Shown here: one piece after another, positions 18,344 to 28,917 of the stretch
Position numbering within the stretch: position 1 is the stretch's first letter
Layout: each line of letters begins with the position of its first letter
Assembly (NCBI GenBank): GCA_043809145.1
Contig: JAZDED010000034.1
Coordinates: 6,423 to 70,422 of the forward strand
Source of the DNA: Candidatus Omnitrophota bacterium
GTDB lineage: Bacteria; Omnitrophota; Gorgyraeia; Gygaellales; Profunditerraquicolaceae
Length of the DNA stretch: 64,000 nucleotides
Direction: 5' to 3'
Notes under the pieces: model-generated
What the model saw: only the letters and a program-made list of their open reading frames with translations
Database searches by the model: none
Told to the model about the DNA's origin: nothing
Position numbers and translations under genes: made by a program

Positions 18344-19435
18344 TCAACTTTTTCCTTTTCTAATTAACTTAATAAACTCATCAAATAAATACTCCGCGTC
18401 ATGAGGCCCGGGAGAAGCTTCAGGATGAAATTGAACTGAAAAAACCGGAAATTTCTTATGCCGTATGCCTTCCGCAGTAAAATCATTTAAATTAACGTGA
18501 GTTAACTCAATGCTCTTTTTATCCAAAGATTCCATCTCTAGGCAAAAACCGTGGTTTTGAGAGGTAACACAGACTTTGCCGCTGCGCAGGTCTTTGACCG
18601 GATGGTTTGCTCCATGATGCCCGAACTTTAGTTTATAAGTCTTACCTCCCAAGGCTAAACCCAGTATCTGATGCCCCAAACAAATACCAAACAAAGGTAG
18701 CTTACCGATTAATTCCCTGCAGGTCGCAACTGCATAATGCACTGCAGCCGGATCGCCGGGACCATTAGAAAAAAGCACTCCGTTCGGCTTTAACTTTAAA
18801 ATTGCGTTTGCTCCAGTTTCAGCCGGCACAACTATCGCCTGGCACTCCCGTTTCAATAATTCTCTTAAGATATTATGTTTCACCCCAAAATCAATTACTA
18901 CAACCTTATATTTATGCCTGGCCGTTGACCAAATATAACTCTTATCAATCGTAACTTCCTTGACTAAATCTACTCCCTCCAGGCCTCTTGAAGACCTGGC
19001 TTTTTCTACTAAACTCAACTCATCGTTATCTGTTGTCGATAAGATTCCTTTCATTGCCCCGGCAGAGCGTATATGCAGAGTCAGCGCGCGGGTATCTATG
19101 CCTTCAATTCCAGGAATATTATTTTCTTTAAGATAATCTCCCAGAGGCTGCTCTGACCTCCAATTACTGGCAATCTTGCTGTATTCCTTAACCACAAAAC
19201 CTTCCAGGAATATTCTACGTGATTCCACGTCCTCTTTATTTATCCCATAATTACCGATCAATGGATAGGTCATGGCCACAATCTGCCCCTTATAGGAAGG
19301 ATCAGTAAGAATCTCCTGATAACCAGCCATACTGGTATTAAAAACAACCTCTCCTAAACGCTCTGTGCTGGCGCCAAAAGATTTACCTTTAAAAATTTTT
19401 CCGTCTTCTAAAGCTAATATTGCTTGCATGTGCAT
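18344..19435 (-). CDS. carA: Carbamoyl-phosphate synthase small subunit (glutamine amidotransferase).
   Basis: Class I GATase catalytic motif LGICLGHQ and a CarA N-domain. Confidence 0.9.
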   Translation of the reverse strand: MHMQAILALEDGKIFKGKSFGASTERLGEVVFNTSMAGYQEILTDPSYKGQIVAMTYPLIGNYGINKEDVESRRIFLEGFVVKEYSKIASNWRSEQPLGDYLKENNIPGIEGIDTRALTLHIRSAGAMKGILSTTDNDELSLVEKARSSRGLEGVDLVKEVTIDKSYIWSTARHKYKVVVIDFGVKHNILRELLKRECQAIVVPAETGANAILKLKPNGVLFSNGPGDPAAVHYAVATCRELIGKLPLFGICLGHQILGLALGGKTYKLKFGHHGANHPVKDLRSGKVCVTSQNHGFCLEMESLDKKSIELTHVNLNDFTAEGIRHKKFPVFSVQFHPEASPGPHDAEYLFDEFIKLIRKGKS

Positions 19436-19700
19436 TCCGGTTTCCCGCCTGCGGCGGGATTAATTCGCGGACGCTCCGACTTTACGTCGGAGCTACGACT
19501 TACTCCACAAGGAGTAGGCCTTCCTATCCATTAAGGAAGGGCCTTATGTTCACTATGTTCCATAAGTTATCCGATTCTGACTTATACCTTAGGCAAGAAA
19601 ACAAAAAATTTGCGTCTAAGGTATTAATTCGCGGACGCCCTTCGGGCTATAACTTATGTTCACTATGAGCAAAACTGATTGTCCATAAGTTATCCGCTCA
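19436..19700 (-). promoter_or_regulatory. Repeat-rich, hairpin-dense leader region upstream of carA; candidate structured RNA or attenuator.
   Basis: Duplicated sub-elements ATTAATTCGCGGACGC (19459, 19624), each followed by a tetraloop hairpin (CTCCGAC-TTTA-GTCGGAG; GCCC-TTCG-GGGC). CTTATGTTCACTATG (19543, 19654) and CCATAAGTTATCCG (19559, 19683) form two hairpins sharing the loop TTCACTATG. Confidence 0.4.
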
Positions 19701-19702
19701 TT

Positions 19703-19743
19703 AAAAAAGGCGTTTTAGGCCGCGTATTCGGCTCTAAAACGCC
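19703..19743 (-). terminator. Intrinsic terminator for gdhA.
   Basis: GGCGTTTTAG...CTAAAACGCC stem, followed on the minus strand by TTTTTT. Confidence 0.7.
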
Positions 19744-19825
19744 TTTGTTATCAAGATAGCTCTGCCCTTGAACTATTTCAGTTAGTATAGCATATCCGGT
19801 TTAGATGTCAAATGTTTTTGCCTTT

Positions 19826-21196
<1,371 letters not shown>

Positions 21197-21210
21197 TTAG
21201 GCAATCATGG

Positions 21211-21253
21211 TTAAAAATAAAAAAGACGTCCTTATAAAGTTTTCGGACGTCTT
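21211..21253 (-). promoter_or_regulatory. Terminator-like hairpin inside the gdhA 5' leader (possible attenuator).
   Basis: AAGACGTCC...GGACGTCTT stem plus a T-run on the minus strand, about 45 nt upstream of the gdhA ATG and downstream of a TTGACA-17-TAATAT promoter. Confidence 0.4.
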
Positions 21254-21345
21254 TGTCTCTTAAAAACTTATGCATCTTTGCAAAGCTGCTCTTTGGACTA
21301 TCTTTTATTCAAGTTAGTCAACCCGTACCCCGGCTGAACTGCTCT

Positions 21346-21374
21346 ATATTAAAATAGCCTGGCCTACTTGTCAA
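21346..21374 (-). promoter_or_regulatory. Sigma70-like promoter for gdhA (TTGACA-17-TAATAT).
   Basis: Read on the minus strand. Confidence 0.4.
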
Positions 21375-21375
21375 G

Positions 21376-21417
21376 CTAAAATTAAAATTAACCCTGCCTC
21401 TGGCGTCTAGGGTTAAT
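21376..21417 (-). terminator. Intrinsic terminator after the nfnB-like gene.
   Basis: 8-bp stem TTAACCCT/AGGGTTAA immediately after the stop, then TTTTAATTTTA on the minus strand. Confidence 0.5.
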
Positions 21418-21418
21418 T

Positions 21419-22840
21419 TTATGCCGCGCTATGCGCGGTAAAATCGTTCCTACCCAAATACTCTACAATAGCCTGGGCAGACTTTCTTCCCGCGCCCATG
21501 GCTGTAATAACTGTGGCTGAACCAGTAACTATATCTCCGCCGGCAAAAACACCCGGAATGGAAGTCTTGCCCCATTCATCTGCCTCTATCTCACCTTTCT
21601 TCTTAACTTTCAGGCCTGGCGTAGTCCGGGAAATAATCGGATTAGGAGTATTACCGATAGCTACTACTGCCTGGTCAATGTCCATCAGGAATTCAGAACC
21701 CTTTATCGGCACCGGGCTTCTTCTGCCTGATGCATCCGGCTCAGCTAATTCCATCTTTAAGCACTCGACCTGACAAACAAATCCATCCTTGGCGCCGATG
21801 TATCTAATGGGATTGGTAAGTAGATGAAATTCTATACCCTCTTCCCGAGCCCTCTGAATCTCTTCTCCCCGTGCCGGCATCTCCTTCTCCGAACGCCGGT
21901 AAATAAGATAGACTTGCTCCGCGCCCAAACGCTTGGCAGTCCGAGCTGAATCCATGGCTACATTGCCTCCGCCAACTACCGCGACATTCTTGCCTTTTTT
22001 CACAGGAGTATCTACTTCCGGAAATTTATAAGCTTTCATAAGGTTAACCCGGGTCAAAAATTCATTGGCCGAATATATCCCGTTTAAGTTCTCTCCGGCA
22101 ATACCCATAAAATTTGGCAGGCCGGCTCCTGCGCCAATAAATATAGCCTGGTATCCTTCTTTAAACAACTCTTCTATTGTCAGGGCCCTGCCGATTAGGG
22201 CATTGGTACAGAAATTTACTCCCAGGTCTTTTAAATGGTCGATTTCACTGGCGACAATAGCTTTAGGCAGCCGAAACTCAGGTATACCATAGACCAATAC
22301 GCCTCCCAAGCGATGATAACCTTCAAATACCGTAACCGCATAATGCTTCTTCGTCAATTCCGCAGCGCAGGTCAGGCCTGCCGGGCCAGAACCAACAACA
22401 GCAATCCTTATGTTATTAGACTTTTCTTGAACAGGTACATTTCTCTTTAGTTTTTTTCTGTTATCCAAATCCCAATCCGCCAGAAACCTTTCTAATCTAC
22501 CGATGGATATAGGCTCTCCCATCTTTTTTACCACACAACAAACCTGGCACTGCTCTTCCTGAGGGCATACCCTTCCTGTCATGGCCGGAAGAGAATCGGA
22601 TTCATGTATAATGTCTATGGCCTTTTGAAAATCCCTTTCTTTAAGCGCCTTGATAAAAGCCGGTATATCAATTCTTACCGGGCAGCCTTCCACGCAGGGT
22701 TTTTTCGCGCACTGAAGGCAACGAGAAGCCTCCTGAATTGCCTCTTCGGCATTATAACCTAAAGGAACCTCGTTAAAATTCCTTATCCTAATTTCAGCTG
22801 GCTGCTGCCTCATAGGCACAGTAATTTTTTGTATTCCCAT
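21419..22840 (-). CDS. nfnB: GltD-family NADPH oxidoreductase, NfnB/SudA-like large subunit (glutamate-synthase-beta-like).
   Basis: N-terminal Cys cluster (CLQCAKKPCVEGCP), FAD/NAD Rossmann motifs VVGSGPAGL and VVGGGNVA; 473 aa. Paired with a PyrK-like subunit. Confidence 0.75.
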   Translation of the reverse strand: MGIQKITVPMRQQPAEIRIRNFNEVPLGYNAEEAIQEASRCLQCAKKPCVEGCPVRIDIPAFIKALKERDFQKAIDIIHESDSLPAMTGRVCPQEEQCQVCCVVKKMGEPISIGRLERFLADWDLDNRKKLKRNVPVQEKSNNIRIAVVGSGPAGLTCAAELTKKHYAVTVFEGYHRLGGVLVYGIPEFRLPKAIVASEIDHLKDLGVNFCTNALIGRALTIEELFKEGYQAIFIGAGAGLPNFMGIAGENLNGIYSANEFLTRVNLMKAYKFPEVDTPVKKGKNVAVVGGGNVAMDSARTAKRLGAEQVYLIYRRSEKEMPARGEEIQRAREEGIEFHLLTNPIRYIGAKDGFVCQVECLKMELAEPDASGRRSPVPIKGSEFLMDIDQAVVAIGNTPNPIISRTTPGLKVKKKGEIEADEWGKTSIPGVFAGGDIVTGSATVITAMGAGRKSAQAIVEYLGRNDFTAHSAA

Positions 22841-22844
22841 TTTT

Positions 22845-23654
22845 TTATTCCTTACAAGAACATTCCTCTTTTTTGTAGGTATCTAATCTCTGCATCAAAA
22901 CTGCAAAATCCACCTGGTGCGAGTCAAAATCCGGCCCATCCATACAAGTAAACCTGGTCTTTTCTCCCACGCTTACTCTGCAGGCACCGCACATACCCAT
23001 TCCGCAGACCATCAGGGAATTCAAGCTGACAATGGTCGGAATATTATTAGCGCGGGTCATCTCGCTGACTGCCTTCATCATTACTGCCGGGCCAATTGCA
23101 TAGACCCTGTCTATCTTTTGGCCATTATTAATCAATGAATTCAGGACATCAGTAACAAATCCTTTCTCGCCGTATGTGCCGTCATTAGTAGCCACTAAGA
23201 GTTCATCGGATACCGCGCGCATTTTATCCTCCCAAAAAACATATTCCTTGCTGCGATAACCGATAATCGAAGTTACTTTATTCCTCTTTTCTTTTAAACT
23301 TCTTGCCAATGGATAAACAGGAGCAATGCCTATCCCGCCGCCGATAACTACCACATTCCCAAAGTCCTCAATCTCCGTAGGGTTACCCTGCGGCCCCAAT
23401 AAATCCAATAGATGATCTCCTTTCTTCATCTTGGAAAATAAACAAGTCGTCTTGCCTAAGGCCTGAAAAACCAAAGCAATAGTCCCTTTTTGGCGGTCAT
23501 AGTCAGCGATTGTTAAAGGAATACGCTCTCCTTCTTCGCGCACCCTGACTACTACAAATTGTCCGGCCAGGGCCTTTTTGGCAATCAAAGGAGCATCTAA
23601 TAAACAATAGTGTATCTGCGGAGCTAATTCTGATTTTTCTAATATTTTAAACAT
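22845..23654 (-). CDS. nfnA: PyrK-like FAD/[2Fe-2S] electron-transfer subunit, NfnA/SudB-like.
   Basis: FNR-like fold and C-terminal CGMGMCGACRV 2Fe-2S motif; 269 aa. Lies 4 nt upstream of the nfnB-like gene. Confidence 0.75.
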   Translation of the reverse strand: MFKILEKSELAPQIHYCLLDAPLIAKKALAGQFVVVRVREEGERIPLTIADYDRQKGTIALVFQALGKTTCLFSKMKKGDHLLDLLGPQGNPTEIEDFGNVVVIGGGIGIAPVYPLARSLKEKRNKVTSIIGYRSKEYVFWEDKMRAVSDELLVATNDGTYGEKGFVTDVLNSLINNGQKIDRVYAIGPAVMMKAVSEMTRANNIPTIVSLNSLMVCGMGMCGACRVSVGEKTRFTCMDGPDFDSHQVDFAVLMQRLDTYKKEECSCKE

Positions 23655-23731
23655 AATCTATTTACCCTACACTCGACGTTTATAAGTACCCGTCGCTAAG
23701 TGGTATTGCGTCGGTTTCGTGTCCGTACACG

Positions 23732-23763
23732 AAAAAAAAACGTCCCTTATTAAGTTTCCGGAC
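23732..23763 (-). terminator. Putative intrinsic terminator after the GT2 gene.
   Basis: Short stem CGTCC...GGACG, then T9 on the minus strand. Confidence 0.4.
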
Positions 23764-23827
23764 GCCTTCGTCAATTGAAACCTTCATTTTTTGCTTACTC
23801 CAATTTCCTTATTATATTAATATAGGA

Positions 23828-24577
23828 TTATTTTTTGTCAAGATTATTTTGCCTAATATTTAGGCGACAGAAAAAAGGCTTCTTTATTGTATAGAAAAAG
23901 AGGCTAATAAAATGCCGCAGGTATTGAATGAATATTTTTAGCGAAAGCTTGCTTTTGCCTCTTACGCGATCTATAAAGATATAGGGTATTTCGATAAACT
24001 TTCGGTAGCGCGCCTTGGCAAAGATCTCCAGCCCGATTTTGAAACCATAAGGAAAAATTTCTATGCCCTCCAAGGCGCTCTTCTTAACACAAAAAAAACC
24101 AGAGGTATTATCCCTGACCCTGGTCAGCAAACTACCCGCTAAACAACCCGCAATGGAGGTAATCCGGCGAGAAAATGGTAATCTTTCTATACCGCCGCCT
24201 TTTATATAACGGCTGGCAACTACCAAATCATATCCGGCTTGGAGAGCAAAAATAAATTCCGCAATAAGTTCAGGCGAATGGCTGGCATCGGCATCCATTA
24301 TTATCAGATACTCGCCGTTTGATATGGCTATACCGTCAATTATGGAAAGTGATAACCCCCTCTCCTTTGCGCTGCGGACTATAACCTTTCCTTTATCAAC
24401 CAATACCGATTGAGCCGCTGAAGCTGTTCCGTCCCGGGATGAATCGTCTATAACCAATATCTCATAGGAAACATTCAGGCTGTCCAGGACTTTAATGCTG
24501 CGCTGTAAAATTTCCTTTATGTTATCAACTTCATTATAGGTCGGAATAAGAAGAGAGATGAATTTAGTCTGCAACAT
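23828..24577 (-). CDS. Family-2 glycosyltransferase (polyprenyl-phosphate sugar transferase, Dpm1/ArnC-like).
   Basis: LIPTYNE...DD(S) GT-A motifs; 249 aa. Confidence 0.7.
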   Translation of the reverse strand: MLQTKFISLLIPTYNEVDNIKEILQRSIKVLDSLNVSYEILVIDDSSRDGTASAAQSVLVDKGKVIVRSAKERGLSLSIIDGIAISNGEYLIIMDADASHSPELIAEFIFALQAGYDLVVASRYIKGGGIERLPFSRRITSIAGCLAGSLLTRVRDNTSGFFCVKKSALEGIEIFPYGFKIGLEIFAKARYRKFIEIPYIFIDRVRGKSKLSLKIFIQYLRHFISLFFYTIKKPFFCRLNIRQNNLDKK

Positions 24578-24588
24578 GCTTTAAATAA

Positions 24589-25272
24589 TTATTTGGAAAT
24601 TACCGGGGCTTTCTCGGTAGGTTGGTTCTTTCGTTCTTCTAATTGTTGCCTTAATTCCTGTATCTGCATGCTCTCTTGTTTTTGCAGCTCTCTGAATTCT
24701 ACCAACTTCTTCTCAAATTCTAAAAACCTTTGCGCGTCATCCTGTTGCTTTAAACTCAAAGATTCCTGGGCTTGGGTGAGCGACTCTTCCAGATTCTTGC
24801 GGTAATCCTGAATTTTATTTTTATTTTCCACGATCCTGGCCTCCAGGATAGAAATCTTTTCTAAAAGCTGCTTCTGCAGGAAACCGGTTTCGGCTAAAAC
24901 TTGAATATATTCCTGTAACATCTTTTCATATTCCGAATCTTTCAAAGCCAGGTTATCAAGGCTCAAGGATAAAAACTGCTCAACCCGGTTCAAATTTTGC
25001 GTATCCTGCCTGCGGTAATCATCCAGCTCATCAGAGAAGTAGTCCGAAAGCTCGCGTAACTGTTCCTGCTGGAATATGAAGTTCTTGGTTTTTTCGCTGG
25101 ACTCGATTTCTCGACTAATGGAGAAACGAGTATTCCAAAGCTTCTCTACCTGTTCCATAACGCTCTCCTCGGTGTCTTTACGCAAGACATCATAATGCTT
25201 ATTCTGGTAGGTAATTAGCCCTATCCCCAGAAGTAAAAACAAAAATAAGCTTAATAACCATGGATTCTTCAT
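24589..25272 (-). CDS. Membrane-anchored coiled-coil protein, unknown function.
   Basis: N-terminal TM (WLLSLFLFLLLGIGLITY), then a Q/E/L-rich coiled coil. Confidence 0.35.
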   Translation of the reverse strand: MKNPWLLSLFLFLLLGIGLITYQNKHYDVLRKDTEESVMEQVEKLWNTRFSISREIESSEKTKNFIFQQEQLRELSDYFSDELDDYRRQDTQNLNRVEQFLSLSLDNLALKDSEYEKMLQEYIQVLAETGFLQKQLLEKISILEARIVENKNKIQDYRKNLEESLTQAQESLSLKQQDDAQRFLEFEKKLVEFRELQKQESMQIQELRQQLEERKNQPTEKAPVISK

Positions 25273-25354
25273 ATTGATATATTTTACTCCAAGAAAAAAG
25301 ATTGAGCAATAAGTTTAAGGTTTTCAAAAAAGAAGAACCGATCTTTAAAGCGGG

Positions 25355-25927
25355 TTATTCAAAAAGGGAGAGGAGGCTGAACTTTCCATCCAGTTTAAGC
25401 TGAAAACCCGAAAGATCCGGATAATTCATGGTTAGTTGCGCCGGTTCGGTTACAAAAAATATTGGAGGAGTGCCGTCTTTTTTCTCGGTTATCTCGCAGT
25501 GCGGAACATCTTTTAGCATAGTGAATATCGAAGTATAAGGATCATTATATTTTAATCGCACCGCTACAAAATCTTCCGAGCCCAACTGTTTATTCCGCGC
25601 CTTTTCTTCCAATTCCCTGTGTTTATGCTGGCTTATGATTATATACAACGGGGCAAAACAAGAGCGCGTGGAATCCATAATTATGAATTCTTCATTATCC
25701 GGATGCGAATTCAGGCTAATCTGGGTAGAGTCATGGCTTAAACCCACGCAGATAAGCTTATGAGCGCCATACTCAGGACTAGATGAATAAATCAAATCCA
25801 CCATGCCTTGAGTCTTATGATTTTCCAGGATTTTTTTGGTGGGCTTAAGCCTTTGAATCAGACCCTTGGCCTCCAATTGCGCAAATAACTCTTCGCTGGC
25901 ATTAACCGGTTTTAATTTTATTTCCAT
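25355..25927 (-). CDS. Hypothetical protein.
   Basis: 190-aa ORF with no family recognised. Confidence 0.3.
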   Translation of the reverse strand: MEIKLKPVNASEELFAQLEAKGLIQRLKPTKKILENHKTQGMVDLIYSSSPEYGAHKLICVGLSHDSTQISLNSHPDNEEFIIMDSTRSCFAPLYIIISQHKHRELEEKARNKQLGSEDFVAVRLKYNDPYTSIFTMLKDVPHCEITEKKDGTPPIFFVTEPAQLTMNYPDLSGFQLKLDGKFSLLSLFE

Positions 25928-26009
25928 ATATTCCTTTTTAAGGGACTGTTCTTAAATCAAAGCGGAGCAGTCCCCGATTGAGTTGAGAACCGTCACTTAT
26001 TTTAACGAA

Positions 26010-26507
26010 TTATTTTATTTTAGCAAGAGATTTTATTGCAGAGACTACCCTCTGAACAGCATCTTCTACCTGCGGACTAACCTCCTCCCCAAACTTGAGG
26101 TCCTTGGGTTGAATGCCCAGAATAATTATTTTACACTTCAAAGAACTAACAAGATAATCCGCCATTACTTTAGGCGGTAGAGAATGCGTGGAAAAAGTGA
26201 TCCCGCCGGTATTGTCAGGATCCACCAATATAATACTCCCGGGTTTCTTATGGGCCTCCACCGAATCCACAATTACCAGGTGTGTAGGTTTAAATTTTTT
26301 TATTTGCCCGGTCAGATTTTCCGGGGCAGTCTCTCCAAAAAAAATCTTGAATACCGGCTCTGTGTCAAGTTCCTCTAGCTTTGTTAGTTTTTCAACTACC
26401 AGCATACCGGCAGCATCATCCCTGCGCAGCCGCGACCCCACTCCTAGTATACCGATGCGCTTGGAGCCTTCTAATTTATTTTCCAGATCCTGAATGAGTG
26501 TTTTCAT
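26010..26507 (-). CDS. Hydrogenase maturation endopeptidase (HyaD/HybD/FrhD family).
   Basis: ILGVGSRLRRDDAAGMLVVEKL is the typical N-terminus of the family, with a C-terminal ...IILGIQP motif. 165 aa. No hydrogenase structural genes are adjacent. Confidence 0.7.
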   Translation of the reverse strand: MKTLIQDLENKLEGSKRIGILGVGSRLRRDDAAGMLVVEKLTKLEELDTEPVFKIFFGETAPENLTGQIKKFKPTHLVIVDSVEAHKKPGSIILVDPDNTGGITFSTHSLPPKVMADYLVSSLKCKIIILGIQPKDLKFGEEVSPQVEDAVQRVVSAIKSLAKIK

Positions 26508-26528
26508 CAAAAGTTACCTTTAATTTAC

Positions 26529-26654
26529 CTAAATCAATCTCGGCAATAAATCTCTTTTCTCCCGCCGATTTAATAACAATAGCATGGGAGGGACATCGCG
26601 CATGCACAAGCTGCAACCAATACACTTATAGGATGACAAAACCTCTTTAAGCAT
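26529..26654 (-). pseudogene. 41-aa mini-ORF with a degenerate 4Fe-4S ferredoxin motif; probable relic of an Fe-S (hydrogenase-associated) gene.
   Basis: MLKEVLSSYKCIGCSLCMRDVPPMLLLL... The sequence CxxCxxCxxxVP has lost the fourth Cys, and the ORF decays into a stop. It lies 18 nt upstream of the maturation protease. Confidence 0.35.
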
Positions 26655-26803
26655 TTTTCCAGGCCTCTTTGTATGTTCCTTACGGATACATCACCACGAC
26701 TCGTCTTTGCCCGGTAGCTCGCCCCCGCCAAATAAAAAAGTTTAGCTGCAGGATATCTTTCTATAATTATCTTAATTTAATTATAAACTATGCGGGACTA
26801 CTG

Positions 26804-27526
26804 TTAAGTTCTGCTTTTAATATCCCTGGTCAAAATGATCGCCTCGGCAATCTCGCGCATAGACTTACGCGTGTCCATACTCTTTTTTTGAAGCAGTCGG
26901 TAGGCTTCAGAAGGAAGTATCTTGGCCTCCTGGGAAAGTATATCTTTAGCCCGCTCCACCAGTTTGCGGGTTAAAAGGGCTTCTTCAGCGCTGCGCGCGC
27001 GCAAGTCAAGCTCTGCATTTTCAATAGCTACTGCTGCCTGGTTGGCTACTACGCTTAACAAACCTAGTTCCGTATCGGTAAATTTATGTTTCTTAGAGGT
27101 GTAACAGTTGAGTACCCCGATTACCCTTCCCTTTACCGCCAGAGGGACACTGGCTAAAGAAACCAGCCCTTCTTTTTTAGCGATATCCCGGTTTAAATAA
27201 CGCTCATCTTCTCGAATATCCAAAATGCATTGGGGCTTATTTTCCTTAGCCACTATACCGGCTATTCCATTCCCCAATTTTATATTGGGTTTCTTGTTAT
27301 AGGCCTCGGATATAGACTGTGTAGCCTTAACTACCAGTTCTTTCTTTTCCGGATCCAAAAGCATCAAAGAACAGACCTTGGAATTCATTACCTCCGCGGT
27401 AATCTTAACTACCAGCTTTAGTAATTCATCCAGGTATAAGCCTGAAGTAATCAGGCTGGCTACCTTGGATATCCCCTCTATCTGTTTTAAATAAACTTCA
27501 TAACCCTGTTTCTTTACCTTGGGCAT
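26804..27526 (-). CDS. GAF-ANTAR RNA-binding antiterminator-type regulator.
   Basis: N-terminal GAF domain plus C-terminal ANTAR helix region (AKDILSQEA...MREIAEAI). Last gene of the asnC-aat-glnA operon. Confidence 0.75.
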   Translation of the reverse strand: MPKVKKQGYEVYLKQIEGISKVASLITSGLYLDELLKLVVKITAEVMNSKVCSLMLLDPEKKELVVKATQSISEAYNKKPNIKLGNGIAGIVAKENKPQCILDIREDERYLNRDIAKKEGLVSLASVPLAVKGRVIGVLNCYTSKKHKFTDTELGLLSVVANQAAVAIENAELDLRARSAEEALLTRKLVERAKDILSQEAKILPSEAYRLLQKKSMDTRKSMREIAEAIILTRDIKSRT

Positions 27527-27557
27527 TCTTTAAACTCTTCGCTTTTAACTTCTCGCC

Positions 27558-28916
27558 TTATAATATCGGCAGATACTTTTTTATCTCGTATTGGGTAACC
27601 TGGGCTTTGTATTCATCCCACTCCATCTTTTTATTGCGGATAAAGTACTCGAATAATTTCTCCCCCAGCGCCTCGCGCACTAATTTGCTATTTTCGGCGA
27701 TTTTTATAGCTTCTAACAGATCATCCGGCAAAGAGCTTATCCCGGCCAGCTCCCTCTCTCTTGCGGTCATATCATAAATATTATCATTTGCCGGGCCTGC
27801 CAATTTATAATTCTTTCTCATCCCTTCCAGCCCCGATGCCAGCATCACTGAAAAAGTCAGGTATGGATTGCAGGCCGGGTCTGGCGAACGATACTCAATC
27901 CTGGTTGCCTTTTCTTTGCCAGGCTTATACATAGGCACCCGGATTAATGCCGAACGATTCATCTGCGCCCAACAGATATAAACAGGTGCTTCATAACCCG
28001 GAATCAGGCGCTTGTAAGAATTCACCCACTGGCTGGTCACTGCGGTTATCTCTGAAGCATGTTTTAATAACCCCGCAATATAGGACTTGCCCACACTGGA
28101 AAGATGGTATTTATCATTCTTGTCAAAAAAAGCGTTCTTCTCTCCTTTTCCGCCGGAGGCGGATCCGCCTTTGGCGGAAAATAACGACTGATGCACGTGC
28201 ATACCTGAACCATTAATGCCAAACAAGGGCTTAGGCATAAAGGTAGCATAGACACCATTCTGACGAGCGACCTCTTTAACTACAAATCGATAAGTCATCA
28301 CATTATCCGCCATTTTTAAGGCATCATCATAACGTAAGTCAATCTCGTGCTGGCTGGAGGCAACCTCATGGTGGCTGTATTCAACAGTTATACCTAAAGA
28401 TTCCAGGGCCATAATCGTATTACTTCTTAAATCCTGGGCCACATCCAAAGGAGCTAAATCAAAATACCCTCCCTGGTCAAGCGGCTGTGGAATGTTGGAG
28501 TCTTTGAAATAAAAATACTCCAGCTCCGGGCCAACATAATAGGTATAGCCCAGTTCCTTGGCCTTAGCGATATTCCTCTTTAGAATAAACCTGGGGTCTC
28601 CTTCAAAAGGCTTGCCGCTTGGTTCATAAATATCACAGAACATCCTGGCTACGCTATAATTTTCTCCGGAACGCCAGGGAATAATTGCAAAAGTAGTTGG
28701 GTCAGGCCGGGCAATCATATCCGATTCTTCGATACGCGCAAAACCCTCAATGGAAGAACCGTCAAAACCCATCCCCTCTTCTAAAGCGCCCTCTAATTCA
28801 TTGATGGTAATAGCAAAGCCTTTGATAAAACCCAGAACATCGGTAAACCATAAACGGACAAATTTTACCTTGTGCTCTTTGGCTAACTTTAAAATCTCCT
28901 GTTTGGTCCTAGGCAT
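27558..28916 (-). CDS. glnA: Glutamine synthetase type I (short, GSI-alpha-like).
   Basis: 452 aa; GS beta-grasp and catalytic motifs (e.g. GSGMHVHQS). Confidence 0.9.
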   Translation of the reverse strand: MPRTKQEILKLAKEHKVKFVRLWFTDVLGFIKGFAITINELEGALEEGMGFDGSSIEGFARIEESDMIARPDPTTFAIIPWRSGENYSVARMFCDIYEPSGKPFEGDPRFILKRNIAKAKELGYTYYVGPELEYFYFKDSNIPQPLDQGGYFDLAPLDVAQDLRSNTIMALESLGITVEYSHHEVASSQHEIDLRYDDALKMADNVMTYRFVVKEVARQNGVYATFMPKPLFGINGSGMHVHQSLFSAKGGSASGGKGEKNAFFDKNDKYHLSSVGKSYIAGLLKHASEITAVTSQWVNSYKRLIPGYEAPVYICWAQMNRSALIRVPMYKPGKEKATRIEYRSPDPACNPYLTFSVMLASGLEGMRKNYKLAGPANDNIYDMTARERELAGISSLPDDLLEAIKIAENSKLVREALGEKLFEYFIRNKKMEWDEYKAQVTQYEIKKYLPIL

Positions 28917-28917
28917 T

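Noticed and set aside
19436-19700. Possible CRISPR array suggested by the repeated 15-16-mers.
   Set aside because: Only two copies of each repeat. Spacing is irregular (about 165 and about 111 nt) and the repeats form mutually complementary hairpins. There are no cas genes. A structured leader fits better.
21419-23654. Calling the gltD-like plus pyrK-like pair a glutamate synthase.
   Set aside because: No large (GltB) subunit is adjacent. The two-gene GltD-like plus PyrK-like architecture matches NfnAB/SudAB-type ferredoxin:NADP oxidoreductases, so it was annotated as such with moderate confidence.
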